Assembly (NCBI GenBank): GCA_016180725.1
Contig: JACPAR010000005.1
Coordinates: 22,654-86,653, forward strand
Reading direction: 5' to 3'
DNA: 64,000 bases
Origin: Candidatus Levyibacteriota bacterium
Lineage (GTDB): Bacteria > Patescibacteriota > Microgenomatia > Levybacterales > UBA12049
Every line of letters begins with the position of its first letter. Position 1 is the stretch's first letter. A program made the position numbers and the translations under genes. Below, in pieces: positions 28,204-41,373 of this stretch. The notes beneath the pieces were generated by a model that was given only the letters and a program-made list of their open reading frames with translations, made no database searches and was not told where the DNA came from.

Positions 28204-29597
28204 CCCACGGCTCCTGTCATCTCAAGCTGTATTAATCGGTTAAGCTCTACTGCATATTCCATTGGTAATTCTTTAACAATTGGCTCAATAAACCCGTTAA
28301 CAATCATTACCTCTGCTTGAGCCGCAGATATACCCCGGCTTTGAAAATAAAAAATCTGATCCTCACCGATTTTGGACACAGATGCTTCGTGTCCAACTGT
28401 TACTCTTTCTTCATCAATTTCCATTGTTGGATAAGTGTCTGATCTACTTTTCGGATCTAAAATAAGCGCATCGCAACGGACTGTTGACTTACTGTCTTTA
28501 GCCCCCTTAATAATCTTTAATAAACCCCTGTAGGAAGTACGACCGCCGTCTTTACTGACTGATTTTGAACTAATAACCGAGCTTGTTTCAGGTGCCAAGT
28601 GTATTGCTTTACCACCGGCATCCTGACGCTGCCCGCTTCCTGCAAAAGCAAGAGATAAGACTTCTCCTCTGGCTTTTCTTCCCATAAGATAAACCGACGG
28701 GTATTTCATCGTTAATTTACTACCTAAGTTGCCGTCTATCCATTCTCCAAATCCTTCCTCTTCAATAAACATTCTTTTTGTCACAAGGTTGTAAACATTT
28801 TTACTCCAATTCTGAATCGTGGTATAACGAACCCTTGCCCCTTTTTTAACAACAATTTCAACCACCGCAGCATGCAAGGAATCCGTTGTAAAAATTGGAG
28901 CAGTGCAACCCTCGACGTAATGAACATAAGATCCCTCATCGGCAATAATAAGTGTTCTTTCAAACTGACCCATATTTTTTGCGTTAATACGAAAATATGC
29001 CTGCAGTGGCAAATCAACGTGAACGCCAGGCGGAACGTAAATAAAAGAACCACCAGACCACACAGCCGTATTTAAAGCGGCAAATTTATTATCTGCAGGT
29101 GGAATTATTTTGCCAAAATATTTTTTAACTATTTCCGGATACTTTTGCAAAGCCGTATCTGTATCAACAAAAATAACTCCTTTTTTCTCAAGCATGTTAG
29201 AAACACTGTGATAAACAACTTCCGAATCATATTGAGCTCCGACTCCCGCTAAAAACTTTCTTTCTGCTTGAGGTATTCCAATTTTTTCAAATGTATTTTT
29301 TATTTCTGCCGGAACATCATCCCAATTTCTTTCTTGTTTTTCTGTTGGCTTTATATAGTAATACATGTTTTTAAAATTTAGTTTCGTTAAGTCTCCGCCC
29401 CACATTGGTAGTTTTTTTGCATAAAAAATCTCCAGTGCCTTAAGCCTAATTTCTTGCATCCATTCCGGTTCTTTTTTCATCCAGGATATTTCTTTTACTA
29501 TTTTTTTCGATAATCCTTTGGGAGTTGAATAAAAAGGTTTTATGTCGTCGTGAAAACCGAATTTATAGTTAGAAGTATTAAATTGCTGCATATCCAT
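28200..29597 (-). CDS. sufB: FeS cluster assembly protein SufB
   Basis: High similarity to SufB throughout. Confidence 0.9.
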   Translation of the reverse strand: MDMQQFNTSNYKFGFHDDIKPFYSTPKGLSKKIVKEISWMKKEPEWMQEIRLKALEIFYAKKLPMWGGDLTKLNFKNMYYYIKPTEKQERNWDDVPAEIKNTFEKIGIPQAERKFLAGVGAQYDSEVVYHSVSNMLEKKGVIFVDTDTALQKYPEIVKKYFGKIIPPADNKFAALNTAVWSGGSFIYVPPGVHVDLPLQAYFRINAKNMGQFERTLIIADEGSYVHYVEGCTAPIFTTDSLHAAVVEIVVKKGARVRYTTIQNWSKNVYNLVTKRMFIEEEGFGEWIDGNLGSKLTMKYPSVYLMGRKARGEVLSLAFAGSGQRQDAGGKAIHLAPETSSVISSKSVSKDGGRTSYRGLLKIIKGAKDSKSTVRCDALILDPKSRSDTYPTMEIDEERVTVGHEASVSKIGEDQIFYFQSRGISAAQAEVMIVNGFIEPIVKELPMEYAVELNRLIQLEMTGAVG

Positions 29598-30318
29598 CCT
29601 TTTCTATTTTTTTAACAAGACTCATGCCACCAGATTTCTTAATTTTTCCATCTATTAAAACATGTACAAAATCTGGCTTTAAATAATGAAGAATTCTTTG
29701 ATAGTGAGTAATTAATAATATTCCTATTGAATATTTTTCTACGGCCTCCTGAATTTTTTCTGCAACAATTTTTAAACTATCTACATCAAGACCTGAATCT
29801 ATTTCATCTAAAATTGCAAATTTTGGGCGTAAAATTAGAAGCTGAACAATTTCCGCCCGTTTTTTTTCTCCGCCTGAAAAACCTTCATTTAAAAAACGGT
29901 ACATAAAACTTTCATCTAGTCCTACATCTTTAAGTGTTTTTTTTAATTCGTTTTTAAATTCAGAAAGCGGAATTTTTTTATCCGGATGAAGGGCTTTATA
30001 AGCAGTGCGTAAAAACGAAAGAAAAGATACTCCTGTTATTTCTACGGGTTGTTGAAAAGAAATAAACAAACCCTGCCTAGCTCTTTCCTCCGGCAATAAT
30101 TTGCTCATATCTTTCCCGTCAATTTGATATTTGATATTTGATATTTGATATTTGATATTGTAATTCGGGTGCCCCATTAAACTTAATGCAAGAGTTGTTT
30201 TTCCTGCCCCGTTTGGCCCCATGATTGCATGAATTTCACCTGGTCCCACAGTTAAATCCACACCTTTTAATATTTCTGAATTATTTATGTCGGCTTTAAA
30301 ATTTTTAATTTGTAACAT
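29578..30318 (-). CDS. sufC: FeS assembly ATPase SufC
   Basis: Walker [10 protein letters not shown] and signature FSGGEKKR. The start is MLQIKNF. A repeat-encoded insertion sits after Walker A. Confidence 0.9.
   Translation of the reverse strand: MLQIKNFKADINNSEILKGVDLTVGPGEIHAIMGPNGAGKTTLALSLMGHPNYNIKYQISNIKYQIDGKDMSKLLPEERARQGLFISFQQPVEITGVSFLSFLRTAYKALHPDKKIPLSEFKNELKKTLKDVGLDESFMYRFLNEGFSGGEKKRAEIVQLLILRPKFAILDEIDSGLDVDSLKIVAEKIQEAVEKYSIGILLITHYQRILHYLKPDFVHVLIDGKIKKSGGMSLVKKIEKDGYAAI
30120..30161. repeat. period-7 tandem repeat (ATATTTG)x~6 inside sufC
   Basis: Direct reading of the sequence. It encodes [15 protein letters not shown] in frame. Confidence 0.8.
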
Positions 30319-30322
30319 ACAA

Positions 30323-30730
30323 TTATTCTCTAGTAGAAAACTTATCGAGCGTAACACCTGATATTTTTTCTAGAATTGTATTGCTAAGTCTTCTTAAAGA
30401 AAAACCATGCGGACAGGTACTGGCAGCACATTTTCCATCTTTTGTATTTTGGCAACAAGAAAATAATGGATTTTTAGTTAATGCTGTTATTACTTCTCCA
30501 ACTTCAATATTGGAAGGATGTTTACTTAATTTATAGCCGCCGCTTTTTCCCTCTACGGCAACAATAAGACCTGACTTCCTTAAATCAGACGCAATATTTC
30601 TTAAAAATAACAATGGAAGTTTATGCTCTCTTGCAACTTCCGACAAAGGAACAAGCCGTTTTTTATAGTTCTGGACGAGTTTATTTATAAGAATAATTGC
30701 GTAATCTTCCTTTTTTGAAAAGCGTATCAT
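30323..30730 (-). CDS. Rrf2 family transcriptional regulator (IscR/SufR-like, 3 Cys)
   Basis: Rrf2 wHTH at the N-terminus and a Cys cluster CCQNTKDGKCAASTC. Confidence 0.8.
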   Translation of the reverse strand: MIRFSKKEDYAIILINKLVQNYKKRLVPLSEVAREHKLPLLFLRNIASDLRKSGLIVAVEGKSGGYKLSKHPSNIEVGEVITALTKNPLFSCCQNTKDGKCAASTCPHGFSLRRLSNTILEKISGVTLDKFSTRE

Positions 30731-30739
30731 AGAGAAATT

Positions 30740-30762
30740 TAGTATTAATTAAACTAATACTA
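30740..30762. promoter_or_regulatory. inverted repeat TAGTATTA-N7-TAATACTA just upstream of rrf2/suf operon (candidate operator)
   Basis: Perfect 8-bp arms located 10-32 nt upstream of the rrf2 start. Confidence 0.45.
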
Positions 30763-30804
30763 ATTCAGTAGAAGTTTAGCGGATTTATGCGTTTATGTCA
30801 ACTG

Positions 30805-32439
30805 CTACTTACCTTTATAATGCACAAGCTTATATACCTTAACAACCGAAATATCCCAACTCTCCGCAATTTCTGCTCTGCCAAAACCGGCAACTTCCCA
30901 AGTAGGATAACCTAACGGTTCACAAAGACTTTTCTCACAAACAACTAATAACTGGTTAGTAACCGTTTTTCTCTTAGGATCATTTTGAGGATTTTCAATA
31001 ATTATTGGATCATGATTCCAGATTTTAAAAAAGTAGCGATATGCATGATCAGAATTTCCTCCGGTAATTAAAGCAAAATTATAAGGTTTTTGGTCTGTTT
31101 TTTGGTACACGAAACGTGAAATTGTTTCGGCTTGTGCTAATTGCCTATTGGCTGGAAAACGAAATGGAACCCCTGTAAGATTAATCCATGCAAGACTTAC
31201 AAAAATGATAATGCTTAAAATTTTTCCAACGTTTTTGTACGTATATGAATAAGTAATAAGGTTTCCAACCAAAAAAAATGGTAATGGAAACATGAATCCA
31301 AAATAGTAATCATAAATTGGTTTTTTATAAAAACCAAAAATAAAAACACCTAAAAACAACCACAACGCAATTAAACTTAATTGTTGGAATTTATTATCCT
31401 TTGATTTAAATGCTCTTAAATATTGATATAAAAATAAGAGAACACTAGTTAGCATTAAAATAAATGTTAACCAATACCAAATTGTAATAATATTTACATA
31501 AGCGGGTTGAGAAAATTGTTCAGGTGGCGGAAATTTAGTTACAAGTCTTCCAAACAATCTAAAAAATACATCCCAAACTATGGCAAAAAAATTACCTCCT
31601 CCGCTAACATCACTGGAATGAAAGATAAAATTTATAACACTTATTGAATTTGGATAACCGTGACGTACTTCAAAAGCCAAAAATGGCGACCACCCTACAA
31701 TAAATCCAATAAATATTAAAAGATAATCAATTAATATTTTTTTTAATACTAATAATTTTATGTTCTCCCTAAGACTAAGTATTCTTGTGAATAAAATGTA
31801 TGCAATGATTATTGCTCCTACAAAAGTCGCAATATAATGCAACTGCATTAAAATTCCAAATAAAAATCCACTTAAAATAAATAATGCTTTACTATCTTTA
31901 TTTAAAGCTTTATACAAGGCATACAAGGTTAGTAGAGTAAAAAATGGCATGAGGTTCGGATTCCACGAAGATCGTGAGTACGCCACAACAAGTGGAGAAA
32001 TTGCATATAACAATGAAGCTACTATTCCAGTTCTTGTATTAAAAAATTCACTACCAATTTTGTAAACCAAAAAAACTGTTACGATACCAAAAAAAGCGAC
32101 CATTACAGCAGGGCCAACCGGATTATAGTTAAATAACCAAAGAAATGGCGCCATAAAATAGTAATAAATTGGTCCGAGAAAAAATCCCCCAACAGAAGCT
32201 GTAGGGCCAAGAAGAGTAAAATTCCCATGAAGTATATTATATACAACCAATACGTCTCTTCCTTCATCGCCCAAAAACGTCATGTAATCTTGAATTCTAT
32301 AAAAACGTATAAAAGCGGATAAAATAAGAATACCTAAAATAAAAATATTATCTATTCTTCTCAAAAAACTTATTGGGTTTTTCATTGGTTTTATTAAATT
32401 GAAGATAGAAATTATAATTGCTGTGTCTTTTTTCGCCAA
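30805..32439 (-). CDS. GT39/GT83-type membrane glycosyltransferase (ArnT/PMT-like)
   Basis: Polytopic membrane protein with an N-terminal DE motif (FLGDEGRD) typical of family 39/83. Confidence 0.65.
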   Translation of the reverse strand: MAKKDTAIIISIFNLIKPMKNPISFLRRIDNIFILGILILSAFIRFYRIQDYMTFLGDEGRDVLVVYNILHGNFTLLGPTASVGGFFLGPIYYYFMAPFLWLFNYNPVGPAVMVAFFGIVTVFLVYKIGSEFFNTRTGIVASLLYAISPLVVAYSRSSWNPNLMPFFTLLTLYALYKALNKDSKALFILSGFLFGILMQLHYIATFVGAIIIAYILFTRILSLRENIKLLVLKKILIDYLLIFIGFIVGWSPFLAFEVRHGYPNSISVINFIFHSSDVSGGGNFFAIVWDVFFRLFGRLVTKFPPPEQFSQPAYVNIITIWYWLTFILMLTSVLLFLYQYLRAFKSKDNKFQQLSLIALWLFLGVFIFGFYKKPIYDYYFGFMFPLPFFLVGNLITYSYTYKNVGKILSIIIFVSLAWINLTGVPFRFPANRQLAQAETISRFVYQKTDQKPYNFALITGGNSDHAYRYFFKIWNHDPIIIENPQNDPKRKTVTNQLLVVCEKSLCEPLGYPTWEVAGFGRAEIAESWDISVVKVYKLVHYKGK

Positions 32440-33542
32440 ATAACTTTTCTATACATTGTAAAATTCCATATTAGTAAAAAACCCGTACCAACCAAAAAAT
32501 AAATAAAGTAATAAGTTCTACCAATAAGGTGTGTTCCTAAATAAATTGTGCCTGTTTGAATTAAAACGACTCCAATTGAAGAGCTTATATAAAATCCAAC
32601 AAGTTTTGTTAGATATGAAAGTATGCCTTTACTTGTTTCCTCTTTGAATGTCCAAATATTATTAAAATTATAATTTGAGAATATTGCTAAAACAGCACCG
32701 GCAAGATTAGCAGAAGCAGGATGCCAATTGTAAGATTCTACTAATAATCTTAGCGCTATTGCATTAATAACAAACCCTAAACCTCCAACAACTAAGAACT
32801 TTATAAATCTCTTAAGTTCTAATATCCTAGCAATTACTACATATTTTAAAGCGTTATATATGTACTCTACTGCAGGAAATTTTGATTTACCCAATGTTCT
32901 ATCGGTAAAATGGAAAGGAACTTCTCCTATTTTAAAACCATCTTGGACTGCTTTATGTAAAAATGCAATTTGGAATGTATAGCTTGGAAAAGGTCCTAAT
33001 TTAGATTTCTCTTTAAGGAAAACTTCCTTTTTTAAGGCTCTATATCCTCCTGTCCAATCATGTATATTAAACCTCATTAATATTGATCTAACTAAAAGGT
33101 TGCCAAAAACAGAAAATATTTTTCTTTTGATTGGCCAATTGGGAGGTATTGACCCCCCATCGCTATAACGGTTACCAATTACCATATCGTAGCCTTCTTC
33201 TATCTTTTTAAGAAATTCAGGAATTTTTTTGGGATCATGTTGTCCATCAGCATCCATTTCAAATATGATATCCGCTTTCATTTTGTCTATAGCGTATGTT
33301 ATTCCTCTTATATAAGCAGCACCCAACCCTTTTTTCACTCCAATATTTAGATCAATATTTTTATATTTCTTCATGAGCTCCCTGACCTCATCTACAGTAC
33401 CATCAGGAGAACTATCATCAGCAACCAATATGTTCATCTCATGATTTTTTATCATAGGGAATATCTCTTCTTCTAAAATTGGAATAAGTTCCCCTATATT
33501 CCCTTTTTCATTATATGTCGGAAGAATAATAACTATCTTCAT
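32412..33542 (-). CDS. GT2 polyprenol-phosphate sugar synthase (DPM1-like) with C-terminal GtrA-like TM domain
   Basis: ADDSSPDGT and MDADGQHDP motifs, and C-terminal TM helices. Confidence 0.8.
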   Translation of the reverse strand: MKIVIILPTYNEKGNIGELIPILEEEIFPMIKNHEMNILVADDSSPDGTVDEVRELMKKYKNIDLNIGVKKGLGAAYIRGITYAIDKMKADIIFEMDADGQHDPKKIPEFLKKIEEGYDMVIGNRYSDGGSIPPNWPIKRKIFSVFGNLLVRSILMRFNIHDWTGGYRALKKEVFLKEKSKLGPFPSYTFQIAFLHKAVQDGFKIGEVPFHFTDRTLGKSKFPAVEYIYNALKYVVIARILELKRFIKFLVVGGLGFVINAIALRLLVESYNWHPASANLAGAVLAIFSNYNFNNIWTFKEETSKGILSYLTKLVGFYISSSIGVVLIQTGTIYLGTHLIGRTYYFIYFLVGTGFLLIWNFTMYRKVIWRKKTQQL

Positions 33543-34498
33543 ATGCTCTTAAAATAATCAATTGTTTTTGATAAACCTTCTTCTAAAGATACTTCAGGTT
33601 TCCATTGTAATAGTTTTTCTGCTTTAGCAATATCAGGTTTTCTAGTTTTAGGATCATCCTCCGATAGCTCTTCAAAAACAATTTCCGAATAAGAACCTAT
33701 CTTCTTTTTAATCACTTTTGCAAGATCTTCAATAGTTCTCTCGTCTGGATTTCCAAGATTAATCACTTCACCCGTTATTCCGTCTTTAAACATCGCACGT
33801 TTCAATCCTTCCACCATATCTTTGACATAGCAAAAACTTCTTGTTTGTTTTCCTGTACCATAAATAGTCATAGGCTCACCCCTAATTGCTTGATTAATGA
33901 AGTTTGAAACAACTCGCCCATCATCTGCTTGCATTTTTGGCCCATAAGTGTTGAATATCCTAACGATTCTACAATCTAAATCAAATTTTCTTACATAGGC
34001 CATAACCATTGCCTCTCCAAATCTTTTACCCTCGTCGTACACAGAACGTACTCCGTTTGGATTAACATTCCCAAAATAGGACTCTTTTTGAGGAGAGACA
34101 TTGGGATCTCCATAAATCTCTGACGATGAGGCATACAAAAATTTGGCCCTGTTCCTTTTTGCGAACTCCAAAAGTTGATAAGTTCCTTGTGAATTTGCAA
34201 GTAAAGTTTCTATTGGATAATTAATATAACTTCTTGGACTTTTCTTGTTTGGCGACGCAGGGGAAGCAAGATGAAATATGTAATCTATAGATGTCTCACT
34301 AACTATTGCCGACAAATCTTTTACAATGTCATATTCTATAAATTTAAATTGGGCGTCTTCTTGCAAACTTTTTATATTATCTCTATTTCCGGTTATAAAA
34401 TTATCTATGCAAATAACTTTGTATCCACCATCAAGTAATGCCCTACACAAATTTGATCCAATAAATCCCGCTCCTCCGGCCACAAGAATTATCTGCAT
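33539..34498 (-). CDS. NAD-dependent epimerase/dehydratase, UDP-glucuronate decarboxylase (UXS)-like
   Basis: GGAGFIGS and YDEGKR (YxxxK), with a UXS-like length. Confidence 0.7.
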   Translation of the reverse strand: MQIILVAGGAGFIGSNLCRALLDGGYKVICIDNFITGNRDNIKSLQEDAQFKFIEYDIVKDLSAIVSETSIDYIFHLASPASPNKKSPRSYINYPIETLLANSQGTYQLLEFAKRNRAKFLYASSSEIYGDPNVSPQKESYFGNVNPNGVRSVYDEGKRFGEAMVMAYVRKFDLDCRIVRIFNTYGPKMQADDGRVVSNFINQAIRGEPMTIYGTGKQTRSFCYVKDMVEGLKRAMFKDGITGEVINLGNPDERTIEDLAKVIKKKIGSYSEIVFEELSEDDPKTRKPDIAKAEKLLQWKPEVSLEEGLSKTIDYFKSI

Positions 34499-34502
34499 AC
34501 AC

Positions 34503-36444
<1,942 letters not shown>

Positions 36445-36497
36445 CATATTAATAAGAACATCGAAGAAAATATTAAAGGTTAACTCCAATTAATTTC

Positions 36498-37793
36498 CTA
36501 TTTCCTTCCAACTCCTTGATAAACAAACCCTATTTTTTTTACCTCTTCTGGATCGTAAATGTTTCTACCGTCAAGAAGTATTGGTTGTTTCATAATATTT
36601 TTTATTTTTTGTAAATCCAACTGCATAAACTCATTCCATTCTGTTACAACAATTAATATATCCGCATCCGTTGCCACCGAATACGAATCTTTACAAAATT
36701 CTACGTTTTTTATCTTGCTTTGAGCACTCTTCATTGCTATTGGATCGTATGCTTTAACTTTTGCCCCATCCTGTTGAAAAGCATTAACAAGAATAATCGA
36801 AGGCGCATCCCGCATATCATCTGTATCTGGTTTAAAAGATAATCCAAGTATTCCAATACTTTTATTCTTTAAATCCCCTCCTAAAAGTTTTTTTGCTTTC
36901 ATAATAATTCCACTTGTTGCCTGACGGTTAATCTCTTCAACGTCTTTAAGCAAAGCGAAATCATAATTGTATTGCCTGGCAATAGCAATTAACGCTTTTA
37001 CGTCTTTAGGAAAACAGCTGCCCCCATACCCTGCTCCAGGAGACAAAAACGAGCTACCTACTCTTTTATCTAGTCCTATACCTGTCAAAACCTTTATACC
37101 ATCTGCTCCAGTTAACTCTGAGAGCTGAGCAATTGCATTAGCAAAAGAAATTTTTGTTGCTAAAAATGCATTGGCTGCGTACTTAATCATCTCTGCGGTT
37201 TCTATATTTGTCAAAACAAATGTCCCGTCAATTGGCTTATGCAGCTCTACCATAACGTCCCTTGCTTGCCTTGATTCTGTGCCAATTACAATTCTATCCG
37301 GATGCAGGGTGTCGGAAAGCGCTTGTCCTTCACGTAAAAATTCAGGCACCGATGCTACATCAAATGTTGTCTTATCGGATTTTACAGTTTCGATAATCTT
37401 TTTAACTTTTTGATTTGTTCCGGCCGGCACTGTACTTTTAGTCGCAACTACTGTGTATCCATCCAGATGCTTACCAATCTTTTCCGCCACTTCAAAAACA
37501 ACAGACAGATCTGCTTCACCAGTTGCTTTAGGCGGAGTTCCAACAGCAATAAAAACTACTTTTGATGCGGGAATTGCTTGGTCATAATCGAGAGTAAACA
37601 GAAGTCTTTTTGCCTTAACGTTACGCTTAACTAGCTCTTCAAGTCCGGGTTCATAAATTGGGATTACACCCTTCTTTAAATTGTCAATTTTTCCCCGTGT
37701 ATGACCTATTACCCAAACCGTATTGCCCAAATCAGCAAAAATTGCTGCAGTAACAAGCCCCACGTATCCGTGTCCTACAAACGTTATAGTCAT
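36498..37793 (-). CDS. ugd: UDP-glucose 6-dehydrogenase
   Basis: N-terminal GxGxxG and the catalytic GGSCFPKD. Confidence 0.8.
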   Translation of the reverse strand: MTITFVGHGYVGLVTAAIFADLGNTVWVIGHTRGKIDNLKKGVIPIYEPGLEELVKRNVKAKRLLFTLDYDQAIPASKVVFIAVGTPPKATGEADLSVVFEVAEKIGKHLDGYTVVATKSTVPAGTNQKVKKIIETVKSDKTTFDVASVPEFLREGQALSDTLHPDRIVIGTESRQARDVMVELHKPIDGTFVLTNIETAEMIKYAANAFLATKISFANAIAQLSELTGADGIKVLTGIGLDKRVGSSFLSPGAGYGGSCFPKDVKALIAIARQYNYDFALLKDVEEINRQATSGIIMKAKKLLGGDLKNKSIGILGLSFKPDTDDMRDAPSIILVNAFQQDGAKVKAYDPIAMKSAQSKIKNVEFCKDSYSVATDADILIVVTEWNEFMQLDLQKIKNIMKQPILLDGRNIYDPEEVKKIGFVYQGVGRK

Positions 37794-37799
37794 ATTTTA

Positions 37800-38672
37800 T
37801 TAAATATTTATTTTATCTTTTAAGTAATTAAGTCCGTCTTGAAACTTAAACATTTTAACACCTAATTGTTGTATTTTATCATTACTTAAAGATAAATTGA
37901 AGGGTCTTTGAGCTCTTCCTTTAAAATATTCCTGGCGTGTTGTTTTGGTTATTAGATTTTTATCTAAACCAAAGGTATTTGCAATTAGAACGGCTGCATC
38001 ATAAGGATTAACAAATTGACTTCCAACAAGGTGATAAATGCCAATTGAATTAGACTCAATAAGCTTACCAAGACCACAGGCAATATCATCTATAAATGTT
38101 GGCGTCATAATATGATCGGTAATAGATTTAATTGTTGTTCCATCTTTTAATTTACTTAAAATATTTCTTACAAAATCTTTCTTTAAAGCAAATTCTGCTC
38201 TATAAGGATAAGCAATTCTAACAATAATAAACGGTAAACCTGAATTCATTACAACTTTTTCTCCTTCCCGCTTTGTTGCTGCATACCAGTTTATAGGATT
38301 TGGCTCATCTTCCTCTTTATATCCTCCATCCGGAGCATTACCATCAAAAACGAAATCTGTTGAAATATAGATGATTTTTTTATTCGTTTCTCTGCATGCG
38401 GCGACAATATTTTCTGTACCAACTACATTTATTTGCCATGCATCTCCGTTTTTTCCTTTTTCCTTGTCTTTTTCACATCCGTCTACGTCTGCTTTTGCCG
38501 CTAAATGCAAAACAATCTCTGCATCGGATGAAGTAATTACTGATTTTACTACCCTTTCATCTCGAATGTCTATACCTTTTTCCCAACTTATCTCCTCAAA
38601 TTCAAAGGGAAGCAATTCTGTAATTCGAGAACCAACAAGTCCAGATATTCCTGTTCCTAAAATTTTAACCAT
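37800..38672 (-). CDS. rfbD: dTDP-4-dehydrorhamnose reductase
   Basis: Start MVKILGTGISG and overall RmlD similarity. Overlaps rfbB by 8 nt. Confidence 0.7.
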   Translation of the reverse strand: MVKILGTGISGLVGSRITELLPFEFEEISWEKGIDIRDERVVKSVITSSDAEIVLHLAAKADVDGCEKDKEKGKNGDAWQINVVGTENIVAACRETNKKIIYISTDFVFDGNAPDGGYKEEDEPNPINWYAATKREGEKVVMNSGLPFIIVRIAYPYRAEFALKKDFVRNILSKLKDGTTIKSITDHIMTPTFIDDIACGLGKLIESNSIGIYHLVGSQFVNPYDAAVLIANTFGLDKNLITKTTRQEYFKGRAQRPFNLSLSNDKIQQLGVKMFKFQDGLNYLKDKINI

Positions 38673-39672
38673 ATTGTTTTTTATAATAATCCTTATACTC
38701 GCCGCTTTTAACCCTTTTCCACCACTCCTGATTAATCTTATACCAATTGATTGTTTCTTCAAGCCACTTATCAAAATTATGAAGAGGCTGCCAACCTAAT
38801 TCATTTTTTATTTTAGACCAATCTACCGCATAACGCCTGTCGTGGCCTGGACGGTCCTTTACAAACTCTATCATGTCCTCACTTTTTCCTAAAATTCTCA
38901 AAATTTTCTTAGCAACAGTTAGATTATTAATATCTTCTGTTAATCCACCAACACTGTATGTGTTTCCAATTTTTCCCTTTTGAAGCACTAATTCAATAGC
39001 TCTGCAGTGGTCTTCTACATAAAGCCAATCCCGTACGTATAAACCGTCTCCATAGATTGGAATTTTCTGTCCTTCTAAAACATTAGTTATTGCTAAGGGA
39101 ATAATCTTTTCTACAAACTGATACGGACCAAAGTTATTTGAGCAATTAGTAATTGTAATTGGTAAACCGTATGTTATGTTGTACGCTCTTACCAAATGGT
39201 CTGATGCTGCCTTACTGGCTGAATATGGACTTCTGGGGCTATAATTTGTTCGTTCATTAAATTTATTCGGATCATCAAGATTAAGGCTTCCAAATACTTC
39301 ATCTGTAGAAACATGATGGAATCTCTTAACATTATTTTTTAGCGCTGACTCCAATAAGACCTGCGTACCTACTACGTTAGTCATCACAAAAGGTGCTGCC
39401 TGAAGAATTGAACGATCAACATGGGTTTCTGCTGCAAAGTGAACAACGGTGTCAACTTCTTGCATCGCTTTTTCAACAACCTCTGTATCACAAATGTCAC
39501 CATGTATAAATGTATAATTAGGATTATGCTCAACCTCTTTTAAATTTTCTAAATTCCCTGCGTAGGTTAATTTATCCAGGTTAACAATTTTATCGTCTGG
39601 ATGATTTTTCATCCAATAGAGAATAAAATTTGAGCCTATAAACCCAGCTCCACCGGTTACTAATATTTTCAT
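38665..39672 (-). CDS. rfbB: dTDP-glucose 4,6-dehydratase
   Basis: KILVTGGAGFIGSNF and YSASK motifs. Confidence 0.9.
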   Translation of the reverse strand: MKILVTGGAGFIGSNFILYWMKNHPDDKIVNLDKLTYAGNLENLKEVEHNPNYTFIHGDICDTEVVEKAMQEVDTVVHFAAETHVDRSILQAAPFVMTNVVGTQVLLESALKNNVKRFHHVSTDEVFGSLNLDDPNKFNERTNYSPRSPYSASKAASDHLVRAYNITYGLPITITNCSNNFGPYQFVEKIIPLAITNVLEGQKIPIYGDGLYVRDWLYVEDHCRAIELVLQKGKIGNTYSVGGLTEDINNLTVAKKILRILGKSEDMIEFVKDRPGHDRRYAVDWSKIKNELGWQPLHNFDKWLEETINWYKINQEWWKRVKSGEYKDYYKKQYG

Positions 39673-40211
39673 AGTTTTTTCTTTCTCCTTAATCTATCTA
39701 ACATTAATATTCCAATCATACTGGCTGAGTGATTAATCTCCCCTAATATAACCTTTTTAACAGCATCTTCAAGCGACATCTTAATTATTGTTATTTCCTC
39801 TCCTGGCTCAGGATTTGACTCTCCCGGTTCTAAGCCCTTGGCCAGAAAAAGGTGAGCAGTTCCTTTAAATACGCTTGCTGCCAACTCGACTCTTGCTAAT
39901 TCTTCCCAATGCGTTGCAGTTAGTCCTGTTTCTTCTTTTAATTCTCTTTTTGCCGCCTGCAGAGATGTTTCCCCACTGTCTATAAATCCCGCCATTGCTT
40001 CAATTGTTACTTTTTTATGTAAATAACGATACTGCGAAACTAAATAAATGTCATAAGCCTGCGTAAGCGGAAAAACAGTAACTGTCGGATGACGCTTAGC
40101 GTTATGATGAATTCTTTTTTCACCATTTGGTAGTACAATTTCTGTTTCGTAAACATCAAAAAGTTTAGCCTTAAAAATAGTTTTCTCTGAAACTATTTTT
40201 ATATGACTCAT
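39669..40211 (-). CDS. NUDIX hydrolase
   Basis: Nudix box GFIDSGETSLQAAKRELKEETG. Confidence 0.75.
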   Translation of the reverse strand: MSHIKIVSEKTIFKAKLFDVYETEIVLPNGEKRIHHNAKRHPTVTVFPLTQAYDIYLVSQYRYLHKKVTIEAMAGFIDSGETSLQAAKRELKEETGLTATHWEELARVELAASVFKGTAHLFLAKGLEPGESNPEPGEEITIIKMSLEDAVKKVILGEINHSASMIGILMLDRLRRKKKL

Positions 40212-40636
40212 TTTACAACACCTTTTTCTAATTCTTCCTTTGTATACTCTACCTGCTCATCTTTAAGAGTTGGATCGTAGGGAGGATCAGGATAATTTAT
40301 AAGCCAAGCCTCCTCATCTCCCATATTTAACAAACCTGTTGCAACGTTGTTGGGAATAAAAAGTCTCTGTGGATTTAATTCATCAAGAATGTATTCTTCG
40401 GGAATTGTATTTCCGGCTTTATATAAAGTAATTTTCATTTTTCCTTTTATACACACGTAACGAGCAGCTCTCACTCTATGAAGATGATACCCTTTAAACA
40501 TCCCTGCCTTAAGGGTTGTTAGGTATATAACTGTTTTTTCTCCATCTTTATGAATCTCTGTTAACGAACCGTTTTCGTCCCCTTGCAGGTCGAATGTTTT
40601 TACTTTTTTGGCATCTTCAAGTCTTGCAATACTCAT
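40208..40636 (-). CDS. cupin-fold sugar epimerase/isomerase (RfbC/FdtA-like)
   Basis: Small cupin with HLH residues. Sits between rfb genes. Confidence 0.4.
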   Translation of the reverse strand: MSIARLEDAKKVKTFDLQGDENGSLTEIHKDGEKTVIYLTTLKAGMFKGYHLHRVRAARYVCIKGKMKITLYKAGNTIPEEYILDELNPQRLFIPNNVATGLLNMGDEEAWLINYPDPPYDPTLKDEQVEYTKEELEKGVVK

Positions 40637-41373
40637 AATAATTCTCCGCTTTTTACCTTTTCTGCAACTAAATTATTTGCCCTCAATAACTCATCAAATG
40701 ATGTGCCCGCATCAACCCACCAATCTATTATCTCACACTCCATAGAACCTTCTTTAACATATATGTTATTTAAATCCGTAACTTCCAATTCACCTCTTTT
40801 TGAAGGCGCTAATGCTTGTATAAAATCAAATACCCTATGATCGTACATGTAAATTCCCGTTTGAATTATATTTGACTTTGGATTTTCGGGTTTTTCTTCG
40901 ATGGACAAAACTTTTCCATTCTTATCTATTTCTATTACACCATACTGGCTTGGGTCGTTAGGCGCTTCTATCCCAAAGATCATGGCTCCACGATCTTTTG
41001 TTTTAAATTTCTCTACAGTATTTAATAAGTTAAAATTAAAAATATTATCACCTAAAATAACAAGAACTTTTTCGCCCTTTGCAAATTCGTCTGCCAATGC
41101 AATTGCTTCGGCAATTCCACCTTTGGGATTACTTTGTATTGCATAAAATAACTGTAAGCCAAAATCTTCACCTGTTTTAAGCAAGTTTTCAAAATGGCCT
41201 GAATGATCTAATGAACTTGTAATTAATACATCTTTTATACCCGCTCTTACCATTGCTTCCAAAGGGTAATAGATCATCGGCTTATTATAAATTGGCAACA
41301 AATGCTTATTTGTTACCCATGTTAGAGGACGAAGTCTTGTTGCCAATCCTCCCGCTAAAATTATTCCTTTCAT
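40633..41373 (-). CDS. rfbA: sugar-phosphate nucleotidyltransferase (glucose-1-phosphate thymidylyltransferase-like)
   Basis: GIILAGGLATRLRPLT motif. Confidence 0.8.
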   Translation of the reverse strand: MKGIILAGGLATRLRPLTWVTNKHLLPIYNKPMIYYPLEAMVRAGIKDVLITSSLDHSGHFENLLKTGEDFGLQLFYAIQSNPKGGIAEAIALADEFAKGEKVLVILGDNIFNFNLLNTVEKFKTKDRGAMIFGIEAPNDPSQYGVIEIDKNGKVLSIEEKPENPKSNIIQTGIYMYDHRVFDFIQALAPSKRGELEVTDLNNIYVKEGSMECEIIDWWVDAGTSFDELLRANNLVAEKVKSGELL

